Assembly (NCBI GenBank): GCA_937625935.1
Contig: OW569355.1
Location: forward strand, 62,001-126,000
Direction: 5' to 3'
Origin: Tetramitus jugosus
Taxonomy: Eukaryota > Protista > Heterolobosea
Length of the DNA: 64,000 nt
The notes beneath the pieces were generated by a model that did not search any database, was not told where the DNA came from, and saw only the letters and a list, made by a program, of their open reading frames with translations. A program made the position numbers and the translations under genes. This document shows positions 43,301 through 54,689 of the stretch, one piece after another. Numbering within the stretch: the stretch's first letter is position 1; each line of letters opens with the position of its first letter.

Positions 43301-46300
43301 GAAAAACGATTGGCTCACCCAATAATTGTCTCCAGTGTGTCGTTTTTTTAATATTGCTGGTGGAAGGCCGATTATTGTTGGTGACAGAAATGTTCACCAT
43401 GGCTGAATTACTGAGCGAAACGGAATCAGTTATGGTGTATCTGAATGAGAAATGACCGAGAGCAGGAGGTTGAGAAGTAAAGTAAGTTACCAGGCCGTTT
43501 TGAGAATCAATGATTGTTGCATTTCCTGAAGAAGGTTGGGCTACGATAGCTTGGATAGCTAATGAGTCTCCATCTGGATCCACATCATTTGCGAGCAGGT
43601 TAAATGACTTTGATCCTGTTCTCCAATGTAGCTCTGACATGTCGTCATTATTGGCAATTGGATTAGTGTTGGTCACGTTAACAAAAACGGTCTGCTTGAC
43701 TAGGGCGATACCATCAGTAATAATTAACTGAAAACTATCGAAACCAACGAACTTCATGTTAGGAGTATAGTTAATACGGTTGTCTGTCGTACGAACAGCT
43801 GTTCCGTTCGCTGCGTTGATGGTAACGTTAAAGATCGTGATAGGATCAGAATCAGCATCTGAAGCTGCACTCAAGACATTGAAGGCTTTTCCGTTAATGT
43901 AATTATTCCAATGAATGGAGATAGTGACAGAAGGAACCACAGGATCATGATTGTATACTGTAATGTTAAATGGAATACTCACGAGTGACCAACCATCGGT
44001 AATTCTAACCGTGAAAGTATCTGCTCCAAGAAATCCAGTTGGTTGTTTGTATTGGATTTGATACTTTCCATTCACGAAAACCTTTCCTGCCGATCCATTC
44101 AAAACGCTTTCCACAATATCGATAGTAATGATATCTCCATTCGCATCTGTTATCATACTAAGCACATCAATGACTGTTCCTGTAGTTTGAGTGGACCAGG
44201 GAGTACTCAATGGTGCTAAATTGGATTTGAGAGCAGGTAGGTTGTTTGTGATTGATACATCCACTAGGATAGTTCTATTCTCAATACCGTCAGTTACTAT
44301 TGCATCAATACGATGAGCTCCAACGAATCCAGAGGTTGGTGTGTAGCAAAATCCTCCAGGGGATAAAACAGAAATTCCCTGGGAACTAATTTCATCTGTG
44401 ACGCTTAGGATAGTGAGTGTGTCTTGAGTATCTGGATCACTAGCAATCGACAATAAATTAACCTGGGCACATGATGATTGGATGGACTTCCAATAAAAAC
44501 TGATTGAGGAGTTCAGTGCTTGAGGTGGGTTATTATACACAGTAAAAGTGTATGTAGTATTGGCACAATCTAAACCATCGCACACTTGAAGTTTGAAGGT
44601 ATCAATTCCCAAAAACTTGGAATTCTGTACATAGAGTAAATCGACTCTTCCTTTGCTGTAATCCAATGAGGCATGCCCATGAGAAGATTGGAAAAGAGTG
44701 AAATTTAGGTAATCGCCATCATTGTCTGTGGGGTTAAGAATTGGATACAAAGTAATGGATGTTCCGACAGTTTCGGTGGACCAGTGGATTGTCTGCGAAA
44801 TCGTGCTGGCTTTTGGAACATCCTCGTTGACAACATTGATTGTCACATTTGCTTTCGAGGTTTGAATACCGTCCCAAATTGTGTATTCAAATACCTGAAC
44901 ACCCTTCCAGTGACCGGAAGGCACAAATTGGAAGTTCGTATCCGAACGAGATAAGTTTCCATCGAATGGAGAAAAAGGAGCATAAGAAATGATGCTGATA
45001 GGGTCAGAATCGAGATCATAATCATTCTGAAGAACAGGTAGCACTATTCCACTCGGTTTCAGCCAATGAACAGTGGCAGTGTCAGCCACAGCATTTGGTC
45101 GGTAATTCTGAACAGTAATATTGACCAGTCCGATTGCGATCTTCTCTCCATCTGTGATTTCATAAGTGAAGATGTCAGAACCAACAAAACCAGAATTTGG
45201 GGTGTATCGTATCTTGCTAGAAACTATTGTTGCACTACCATTCAAGCCTTGATTAACTATATGCGTTATGTTCAAAGTATCACCATCTGGATCGACATCA
45301 AGTGATAATACATCTAATGTATAAGTCATTTGAGACCAGTGGAAGGAAATAGTCTTTGGATTCGCAATTGGAGCTTGATTTCTTACTGTTATGTTGACAA
45401 AAGCTATGTTACTGCTATCGTATCCATCATTGATTATGTAGGAGAACAAATCATTCCCAACATATCCAGAATTCGGAGTGTATCGAATTGATCTTCCACT
45501 AATAATCTCTACATTACCATGACTAGGAACCAATGGTATCTGAGTAATTTGCAACTGATCCCAATCACCAGGGTTGTCATCAACGTCATTGCTTAATATA
45601 GAGAGGAGAGCTGCTCTATTCCAGGTGATGGTGTAGGAATCATTACTTGCCACAGGAGGGGTATTGGAAACTTCAAGGGTCACAGTCGTAGTTGCGTTGG
45701 CTCCATCTAGATCTCTAATCGTGTAAATGAATCTATCAATTCCAGTCGAGTTCAAGGCATTGTAAACAATAGATCCAGCAGAAATAGTTGTTTTGGCACC
45801 TGAGAAAGTTGGATCCACTTGCACAAAAAATAGAGGTCCTCTATTGGGATCCGTATCATTACTCATTACATCTAGACGTGTGGAAACTCCCTTTTTGATT
45901 AGATAATAGTCAGGTAGAGCAATGGGAGGTTGATTCTCGACAATCAACGTTACCGTAGCACTCCCTTGTTTCACATACTTTACATCATCTTGTCTGTCCT
46001 TGATAATGTACGAGAAAGTATCATTCCCGACAAAGAAAGAGTACGGAGTGTATCTTAAAGTTGAGTTGTTCAACCATGAAACAACTCCCTTGTTTGCTGT
46101 TTGAAAGGATGCAAAAGGCACTAGATCGAAAATATCCCCATTGGAGTCGTAGTCATTATTTGTCACTTGGATATCTATAGAGATATTCTTCATCACATGG
46201 ACAACATCGTCCACTGCTGTTGGAGCAGTATTCTCAATCGAAATAAATACATAGCCAGATGTGGTATCATAACCATCAGACACAACAAACTGAATGATGT

Positions 46301-47836
46301 CATCTCCTAGTCTATTAGAATAAGGAAGATACTGGATCGTATAGTTGTGCATGGTAACATCCACCCAAGTTCTACCCAGATAAAGCTCAGTGATTACATA
46401 GGGCTCCGATGTCAGAACAGCTGATCCCTTGGTTGGATCTTGGGTGATTCCAATCTTCAGCTCGTCAAATCTGTCCTCGTCAAAGCGATACAATTTGATC
46501 AATGTTGCATTGACAGAATTTTTAGGTACGGATATGGTCACATTCTGAGTGACAGGAGGCAGATTTTGAACAAATACGATCACATAGGAAGCAGCAGTAT
46601 CAATATCATCGGTACACGTATACTCGAATGAGTCAGAGTAAGAATCTGTGGTTAGCTGTGGTTCATAAATGACTTGTTTCCTATCTTCTGATTCATAAAT
46701 CACTGCGAATCCCACAGTGAACAACTCTGAAATGAACAATTCATCTCCATTGGCATCATAGTCATTGCTCAAAATATCTAGTACTGTCCTCTGATACTTT
46801 CTAACAATATATTGATCCGGACTGGCCACTGGTGGTGTATTGGTGACGGATATAGTCAAAAGAGCACTGCTTTCATCAAATCCATCTGAAACTGTATAGT
46901 TTCGAACATCTGTCAGAACAAGTGAGGCATTACTGGAAGAATATTGGATCATGGTGTTGTTGTGACTGAGAATCAATTCAATCACACCGTTCGTTGATGA
47001 CGTGATGTTGCCAATCGTTTGATTCAACAACACGGGTGCCCCAACAAGATACAAATCATCACCATCCAAATCTCCAATACTTTCACCAGTCAACGCATTC
47101 TTCAATGAAAAAAAGTCAATGGATACACTCTTCGTATTTCTGGATATCTCAAATTGCAGATCAACAGCTGTTGGTGCTCTGTTCAGAACGTTTACTTGAA
47201 TCCATGTAGTAGCAGTTGATTTATCATTTGTTGCAGTGTAATTGAAATAATCCATACCACTGTAGCTCTTCAATGGTACATAGGAAATGCTTGTGCTGTC
47301 AATGATCCTGGCTAATCCATGACTCGGTTGAGTAATGGAAACAAGTGTGAGGTTGGCTCCTTTTGGATCTACGTCGTTGTCCAATGGACGAATCACAGTC
47401 TCCCTGTTTTTGTTCAGTACGATATAGTCACTGTGAATAAAGGAACAAGCGTGTGGTGTTAGCACAAAAGTCGTCAAAAGTTGTTATGTTGTGTGAAAGA
47501 AGTCCCAAACAACAACAAAAAAAACACCTAGACATACGGTTTGAGCTTTGGTGGAGCATAACCGACTCCAGTACTAATCAGTGCAATGAGCGCACCAGTC
47601 GTCACAGCCACAATCACGCTCAGAATCAGACCAAAGACAGCTTGTTGAACAGCTGTTCCCTTAACAAGTGAAACATTCACCTTCTTCTCATCGACAACCG
47701 CAACGGATTCTCCAATGATTAAGGCATTATCTTTGCCGTCTGGAACGAGCTCTACTTGGTTGGCAGCATTCTCTTCCATCTCTTGTGCCTCCCAACGAGT
47801 AAACACCTTGAAGATACCACTTCCTTTGGTAGACAT
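37323..47836 (-). CDS. Giant (~3,468 aa) type II membrane protein: ~30 Ig/cadherin-like repeats, vWA-like domain, Cys-rich segment, C-terminal beta-sandwich (intron 47431-47537)
   Basis: Exon 1 (47836-47538) encodes a TM helix and splices in frame (GTATGT..CACAG) to give APPKLKPDYIVL. Repeats follow N-x-x-P-x-A..D..ND-x-D-x-DGD..F-x-Y-x-x-x-DG. Confidence 0.88.
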
Positions 47837-48199
47837 TTTGTGTTATCTTTGAATGTCAGAAGCGAGTGGCAGTTAACTATCTGCTTTAGATTTAGAAAAA
47901 CAGATGTAGAGGTCTGAGATGGTTTTATGGTTGTTGGTTTTGAGGGGTGTTGAAAATCCTTCCCCTGTGAAAAGTTGGTTGCTTCAAGAGAATAATCATT
48001 GGATTGTTCCATGACTGTACTTTTGGAAATTAGGGGGTTTCACCTCTCAAAAGTCATGTATTTCTCGTGTCTGCAATCGCAGGAAAGGGTATGTGTCGTC
48101 AAAATTTATTGACGCGAGCGCGATTTTGCTTTCAACCCTTACCCAAAGTAAGTGTCAACAAAATCCACCACCATCTTTAAGAAAACTGCGCTCGTTGCG

Positions 48200-48772
48200 G
48201 TTCAGTGAAAGATTGAATTCGAGCGGTCCATGTTCAAAAGGAGCAGGATTTTGAATATTCGAAGCACAGCCTTAATAGTACAAAATGTTCCTACCTTCGT
48301 CCTTGTTGAGTTGAGTGGCAGTCGGTTTGGCGTAGCTGGGGATATTGGGTGTGCTCTGGTGTACTACTTTTCTTATTCTGTGAAGGAGTGTCAGAGACTG
48401 TTAAGTTGTCGAACAACAATTGCACAAAAATGGAAGAGTATCTTACGGTCTATCGGTCAAGTAGGAATAGAGAGCTTCCACGATGGGAATGGCAGCATTC
48501 GGTTTGCATGCCAAGAGATCTTCAATCATTTGCTTGGTTACAGGAACATCCTTTTTCCTAAAGTACTTCTCTAACTGTGCCCAATTATCAAGCTTTGTGC
48601 TCTGACTTACACCAGTGCCATATGAGTGCATGCTGATATCATCAACATGATACTTGGATATCATCTCTGCAACGAGAAAACCATTGGCGAAATCCCGTTT
48701 CACATTTCTCACAGGATAGGACAGCTCCAAACTCTGTAGCCACTTTATTACCTCTCTTGGTAATCCACTCAT
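48200..48772 (-). CDS. SPATA4/SPEF1-like calponin-homology protein (3' exons uncertain)
   Basis: LPREVIKWLQSLELS..KRDFANGFLVAEM..KLDNWAQL; GTAAGA donor at 48446. The lower coordinate is approximate. Confidence 0.8.
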
Positions 48773-48845
48773 GTCTCAGTCGTGTTTCAGCGAATCCGAT
48801 TGTTAGAAAACACAGTGGCCCACGTAAATATCGGATAATTAGAAT

Positions 48846-49247
48846 ATGGCGCCAATTCAAAGCTCAAACAGAAAAAAAAGAATGCCACGATATCTGATAC
48901 GAACGTTGCTTGTGGGTGGTGCAGGCGCAGGTCTCTTTCTCTACGGCTATCAACAGCATCAAAACAATGAAAAGAATTCCTTCTTCACCAATATTGATGA
49001 GATCTATCAAAGTGGATTGCGAAAATGGGACGAATTTCGACAACCAACCACCACGACTACAACACCTGCGACAAACAATGAAAGCTTACTCGTCGTGGAA
49101 CAACCTCCAGTCATAGAATCGGAGAAATTATCAAAACAGGAAAACGAAAGTACCATTGAGACGAACAAGACAAATAGTAGACCATCTGATCCAGCTCGTG
49201 CACTGCTCTTTGATGACAATGGAAGGATAAAACGAAGGTTCATATGA
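48846..49247 (+). CDS. Small hypothetical protein with an N-terminal hydrophobic segment
   Basis: 133-aa ORF with LLVGGAGAGLFLYGY; divergent from the SPATA4-like gene. Confidence 0.5.
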   Translation: MAPIQSSNRKKRMPRYLIRTLLVGGAGAGLFLYGYQQHQNNEKNSFFTNIDEIYQSGLRKWDEFRQPTTTTTTPATNNESLLVVEQPPVIESEKLSKQENESTIETNKTNSRPSDPARALLFDDNGRIKRRFI

Positions 49248-49397
49248 ACTCGCAAGCTACCCCTACTCCTTGATATTTGTATTCCTTCACCAATAAAGCA
49301 TTTGTTACTCCGATAATCGGAGTAAATCTGAGCAGGAAAATTACTGAGCCTTTTTTTCGGCAGCCGCCTAACTTTGCATAAAAGCAACAATATCTCC

Positions 49398-52088
49398 ATG
49401 AGTCACTATTATCGACTGTTCAATCAGCATCACCAACAACAGAATAATGTTGATGTTGGTGGTGTATATGATGACAATGATAATGACCCAGCAGATGATG
49501 TAGGTTCATTTGATGATCAACAACCCATTGACGACGATGACAATGACGATTTTGTCGAAAGTGAAAACAAGTATGACGACAATGATGATGATCTGTACAA
49601 TATCAACAATAATCAAACCGAATCAGATGGAGAAGAAACAGATTTTGCTTCTTCCCAATATCAACAACAACAACAACAACAACAACACACATCTCACAGT
49701 GTCATCATACCTGCTGTCAATGCACTCAATAAGACAATTGTACCTGCCATTAGAGAACCGAATGGTAGAGTACTCGTCGTCACTCCTACCAGTACAAGCA
49801 CCACTAAGAAGAAGACAAGTACTACGGGTAAAATGAAGAATCGGTCAATGATCAGTCATGTGGTTGAAGAGGAACATGAAAATGATATTGATGAGGATGA
49901 TGATAATCATGTGGATGAGATGGGAGTTCCGAGAGACTACACTGATAATGTCACTGATCGATTATTGAAAAATAACAATCATAGTGAAATTGTGAATGTG
50001 GTTGATCATGTTGTTGATGATGATGATCGTTATCAACTGTTTCGACAATACACGGATGCAATTGAAAGAGAAGCAAACTCTAGTAGGAATCGCAAGTTCA
50101 ATAGTAGGCGTCGAATAAGGATGAATGGATATTTTTGTTGTTTTTGTCGTGGTTGTGACACCTGTTGGAGATATTTGTTTGTCTGTTTGATTGATTCATG
50201 GAATTGGTTCTCATCTCAGTTTCATTGCTGTGCAAGCAGTGAGAGCGAAGGTTTATCGTACATGAGAGATGATTTATTGATGGGAAATGGAGGAGGAGTA
50301 GGGGATCAACATTTGCAGGAGATGGGTGCAGGAGGGGCTGTTGTCTCTTCTGTTGTTGGTAGTGATGCCAAGATGAGTAATAGGAGGGGTCGCTATTCTC
50401 GTCTGAACAACATGATTTCGTGTCATTGGTTGTTTGATCGAACAAATTTCGTGTTGAGTACGCTGGTGTCCAGGGAGCCTTATCTTGCCTTTTTGCACTC
50501 GATGATCTCATTGCCCATTTCCATTTTCTTATTTATTGCAGTGTTTAGTTTGTTGAGTGTGGGAGGCTTCTTTTATTGCATATGTGGCGTTGGTATCTTG
50601 TTGTTGGCAGCGATGAGTGGAATGTTGCGGCTCATGACATTTGTGGAGATTATGTTGGCACGGCACTTGCTCTGCATGAAAGATACACTGTCTTATCCGG
50701 TCATTATCCAACCGACGGTCGATTGGGTAGTGGGCACCATTTACACTTTGGACTGCCTGGGTAGACTGAAGAAAAAACGAAACAAGAAAAAGAAGCAGCG
50801 AAAAAAACAACAACACGTTTCCAACGAGCATCACCAACCAAATAATAGTTCGAACAATACGGATGGATCCGAAGAATACGTGTCATCGGCGAACATGTCT
50901 GTGCACTCGCGACCGCCCAAACATGCGACCACCAATCATCACATGTCATCATCATCTGCAGAAAAGAACTATCGTTCTTTAGGGTATGAAGCTGTTGCAG
51001 ATGAGACCTCTCATGCATCCTATATTACTTCACCCAAAGTATATCACTCATACCAGAGCAATATACCTCACCATCAAAACGAAAGTGTTCAGGGTTCCAG
51101 AAGTAGACGCACGACAAACAGTACGGCTACAGTTAAGAAATTAGCGTCTGTCAACAGTAACGAAGATTCAATCGCCATCTCAGTGAATTTGATACCTTAT
51201 GAAGACAGTGACGATAGTGATGATTATTCGAGTGAAAGCGAAACAGAGGATTTCGTTTTTCATTCTGATTCCTATGCGCGAAGGAGTTTTGGGAGCCCAG
51301 ATGAAACAAATCACTACTACTATCAACAGTATGGTACGATGATGAGTCGGTCTTTGGATACGGGTAGTCCGCATTCCTATGCCCATCCATCATCCATGGT
51401 TGATTCTCTAATGTTCAGCAATGACAGTATTGCCAGATCACCAATCAAACGACCTCCATCTAGACGCCCAAAAAAGAGCAAGAGTCGCAGCAAGTCGAAA
51501 CGAAAGAGTTCAGTCAAAGACATAACAAATCAACCACAACGATCGAGATCCAACACTGATGGTTCATCAACACCATTACCACAAAATTATGGAGCAATTG
51601 CACGTGCAGCTACTCCAGGGCCTCAGTCGACAGTGGCAACACCAAAGAAAAAGTCTTCATTGAGATCGATCGGCACTCAGTTGTCGAACTATGTTTTCGA
51701 TTCTCATGTAGGGTTTTCTCTGTTATATGTTGTTGTGAAGCTTCCAATCAGTATGCTCACATTTGTTGTCAGTATATTCTTGGTTGGATTTCCTTTATTG
51801 CTAATGGGTATACCTTTATTGCATATTGCATGCAAGCAAATCAAACATATGAATATGTTTTGTGCAGTTTTGATGGCTCCTGACCAGTTCCATTTCGGAT
51901 GGCTGCCTTTTGTTTCGTGGACATTTGGGCTTGTGCGCAACGATATTGGTAATGTCCTCGCCTGTCTCATCGGCTTCTCTATACTGCCTATTTGTGTGTT
52001 CCTTCTTGTTCCGGTTACTAGGATGGCCAAGGATGCTATTACGCTCATTGGTGATGACGCGGAGCTGTATTCTCTGGATGATAATTAA
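49398..52088 (+). CDS. Membrane protein with a split 'putative sensor' (PF13796-like) TM domain and long disordered regions
   Basis: Two hydrophobic blocks (SLPISIFLF..GVGILLL..VEIMLARHLL and SLLYVVVKLPISMLTF..IGFSILP) separated by a ~320-aa low-complexity insert. Confidence 0.65.
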   Translation: MSHYYRLFNQHHQQQNNVDVGGVYDDNDNDPADDVGSFDDQQPIDDDDNDDFVESENKYDDNDDDLYNINNNQTESDGEETDFASSQYQQQQQQQQHTSHSVIIPAVNALNKTIVPAIREPNGRVLVVTPTSTSTTKKKTSTTGKMKNRSMISHVVEEEHENDIDEDDDNHVDEMGVPRDYTDNVTDRLLKNNNHSEIVNVVDHVVDDDDRYQLFRQYTDAIEREANSSRNRKFNSRRRIRMNGYFCCFCRGCDTCWRYLFVCLIDSWNWFSSQFHCCASSESEGLSYMRDDLLMGNGGGVGDQHLQEMGAGGAVVSSVVGSDAKMSNRRGRYSRLNNMISCHWLFDRTNFVLSTLVSREPYLAFLHSMISLPISIFLFIAVFSLLSVGGFFYCICGVGILLLAAMSGMLRLMTFVEIMLARHLLCMKDTLSYPVIIQPTVDWVVGTIYTLDCLGRLKKKRNKKKKQRKKQQHVSNEHHQPNNSSNNTDGSEEYVSSANMSVHSRPPKHATTNHHMSSSSAEKNYRSLGYEAVADETSHASYITSPKVYHSYQSNIPHHQNESVQGSRSRRTTNSTATVKKLASVNSNEDSIAISVNLIPYEDSDDSDDYSSESETEDFVFHSDSYARRSFGSPDETNHYYYQQYGTMMSRSLDTGSPHSYAHPSSMVDSLMFSNDSIARSPIKRPPSRRPKKSKSRSKSKRKSSVKDITNQPQRSRSNTDGSSTPLPQNYGAIARAATPGPQSTVATPKKKSSLRSIGTQLSNYVFDSHVGFSLLYVVVKLPISMLTFVVSIFLVGFPLLLMGIPLLHIACKQIKHMNMFCAVLMAPDQFHFGWLPFVSWTFGLVRNDIGNVLACLIGFSILPICVFLLVPVTRMAKDAITLIGDDAELYSLDDN

Positions 52089-52102
52089 CTGCTGAGATAA
52101 AA

Positions 52103-52900
52103 CTAGTTGATGCCCAATTGACCCATTTCCCGTGGAAAGCTTTGGAGCATAAAATGGTTGAACACTTGAATGAGATGTGGACTCGCGTCGTATATCTTCC
52201 TCCACTCCTTCAACGTGATGGCTGTTATCGGCTTGTCGAAATAATTTTTCTGAACTGCCTTGAATATTTGTTTGATGGTTGTGTCAATGTACTCCTCAGA
52301 TTGTTGTGGCAGAACAATCTTGTAAATTCTTTTCAATTCACCAAACTCTACACTACCATTCTTGTCAGAATCGATAATCTTGAACAACAGCTCTACTTTG
52401 CTCTGATTGGTACCTGATATGAATACTGCTAGTACGACTACAAAGTCATTGAAGTCAACACTATTCTCTTCCCGAGTATCCATCACCCGAAACAACTGAT
52501 CAGTTAAGAAACTATTCGCATTTAACAACTTGTGACAACAAACTTCAAAATTCTTCTTGTCCATGGAACCATCGACACTCTTCGTATTAGAATATTGCTT
52601 GAACATATCAGTCAACACCTTTAAGTCATTGATTTGCATCGAACTTTGTTGAGAGACTTGTCGCACGACAGCATAGACCGCCGATTCCTCGGTGCTTTTC
52701 GCAAATCCATGATGCGTCAATTGTTGCCTCAATGTCCGTATCGTCGTTTCCGAAGGTCTAAAGTTGTACTCCTTTAGTAACCTTTCATACTGGTTGGCGA
52801 GTGCTTTATTTGCATTGGATGTTGTGTAAGGCGAGGTCATAGAGAATGTAATCGTTGTTTCTTCCAAAGTGAAAAGACAACGGTGATCACCCGGACCCAT
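52103..52900 (-). CDS. EF-hand calcium sensor (calcineurin B / NCS-like)
   Basis: LFRVMDTREENSVDFNDF, KVELLFKIIDSDKNGSVEFGEL. Confidence 0.85.
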   Translation of the reverse strand: MGPGDHRCLFTLEETTITFSMTSPYTTSNANKALANQYERLLKEYNFRPSETTIRTLRQQLTHHGFAKSTEESAVYAVVRQVSQQSSMQINDLKVLTDMFKQYSNTKSVDGSMDKKNFEVCCHKLLNANSFLTDQLFRVMDTREENSVDFNDFVVVLAVFISGTNQSKVELLFKIIDSDKNGSVEFGELKRIYKIVLPQQSEEYIDTTIKQIFKAVQKNYFDKPITAITLKEWRKIYDASPHLIQVFNHFMLQSFPREMGQLGIN

Positions 52901-53035
52901 GAAAGATTCATCGTAGTTACGATTAATTACCCGATGTAGAAAGTGGAGTTCCAGTTCGAAATGGCAGAAAGGGTGGAACTTACTAGTTCTTTCGGTCCTA
53001 CAACCGGTACAATCGAGAATGTTTATTGAACCATC

Positions 53036-53517
53036 CTAAAGCAGATCGGCAATGAGATCCTTGCTTCCTTTCTCGCCGGTTTCTCTTGCATATCGAATCA
53101 GAGAAATGTATTTTTCTTCGGATGTAGCTCCTACGACTATATAGAGAAATATTAGACAAGGGAACTACTCGATATCACATCATGTTCATCAGACTTACAT
53201 TTACAATCATCATCCCAGTTGGGTCTCTGTACATTCAACACAGATCCATCCCACAAGAAAACCACAGCTGGTGTCACTTCTATTTGATAATCAAATGAAG
53301 CTTCTTGATCAGAGAAGGCATCAAGAATGAAAATTTGAGCGAATGGCATATCTCCACTCATTCTTATTCTTTCGAAGCTTTGAGCTACATGAGTCGAAGT
53401 TCTGTTCCACTGTTCAGCAAAACAAATGACCATCAACCTCAATTGAGGTTGTTTTGATTGAATTGTATCTTTTACTGTTTGATACTCGTCCCATCTCACA
53501 ACACTCTGCTCGTTCAT
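53036..53517 (-). CDS. Thioredoxin-fold protein without CxxC, Dim1/TXNL4B-like (one intron from 53198)
   Basis: LMVICFAEQW, YQIEVTPAVVFLWDG; the spliced C-terminus reads DDCKFVGATSEEKYISLIRYARETGEKG. Confidence 0.6.
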
Positions 53518-53606
53518 TGTTGCCCACCGTTTCGTACATTGCGCCAAAAACTATCGGGGAAAATAACACAAAAACAACGAAAACACAACATCAACAAACG
53601 AAAAAC

Positions 53607-54326
53607 ATGAATGAAGCAAACACAAAGTTCAAAAAATTGTTCATGAAGATGCTAGATGAAGTTGAGATATGGCAAGACCAACATCAAGCCACCATGGATC
53701 TCTTATCAGACTTGATTGGAAACATGAAGCATTTTTCAGTGATGAATCGTGCATGTGCCAGTAGCAGCCGTAGCAGTACTACCAATTCATCAAGGAATGG
53801 TGGAATAGGTGGACTCTTTTCACATTTTCCACACACCACTCGCCTCACTCAATTCAGTTACATGCAACAACTGGAGAAGGGTCAATCGGAGATTTATAAA
53901 TATCTCCGAGTGCAGAAACAAGTGTGTGATCGGTTGAATCAATTACAGAATGATGCATTCCAGTATTTTGAGCAACATAGGCTTGATTTGAACACGTGGA
54001 TGGACTTGAATCGGACAAATTTACACAAGAGTACACAAAAGTTTGCCAAGTTGTATGAGAGTGTGAACAGGGGTGCGACAAGTGATGATGATGTGGAGCA
54101 GCATCCATTCTATACCATTTCGAGCTATTTGAGTGAGTGTCAAGATATTTTTATCATGTTTCAGAAAGAATTGGACAGTAAGAGTCAATTGATTGAACAG
54201 GTGGATTATATGAAGAGTGTGGATGAGCTCACGAACATTTATCATCAATTTTCACAGTACAAGTTTGTGAATGTGGACAAGGTGATTGAGATTTTGGAGA
54301 AGGCAGAGTCTGAATCTGTGAAATAA
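53607..54326 (+). CDS. Helical protein, C1orf109/AIRIM-like
   Basis: Overall pattern W..Q, LFSHFP, MFQKELDSKSQLI recalls the family; recognition is tentative. Confidence 0.5.
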   Translation: MNEANTKFKKLFMKMLDEVEIWQDQHQATMDLLSDLIGNMKHFSVMNRACASSSRSSTTNSSRNGGIGGLFSHFPHTTRLTQFSYMQQLEKGQSEIYKYLRVQKQVCDRLNQLQNDAFQYFEQHRLDLNTWMDLNRTNLHKSTQKFAKLYESVNRGATSDDDVEQHPFYTISSYLSECQDIFIMFQKELDSKSQLIEQVDYMKSVDELTNIYHQFSQYKFVNVDKVIEILEKAESESVK

Positions 54327-54689
54327 GCTGAGTGTACTGTGATGGATGGTGATCTATTCTAGTAGAATGGATGCATCGTTCCTGGGTCACGGGTATTCAA
54401 TTGTCATCTCGGTCATCATCTCGGTCAGAGTATCCCAGAAGCGAGCAGATAGCCCCACTCCGTATTCTTATAAATTGAGTATGGGATGACAGAGGCGCGA
54501 CATTGTGACATGGTGTGACCATGTCAGCTGCTCGCTTGCAGCTGTGCTGAGAACGACCATCTTTTTTCAGTAAATTTTTCCGTTCGCTCTTCGGAGTTTT
54601 ACAAGTCAACAGTCAAAAATCTTCTGTGGCAAAAACAAAGAATCACAACATCAAAACCCATCCACCGAAACAAGACAACAATCCACAGA

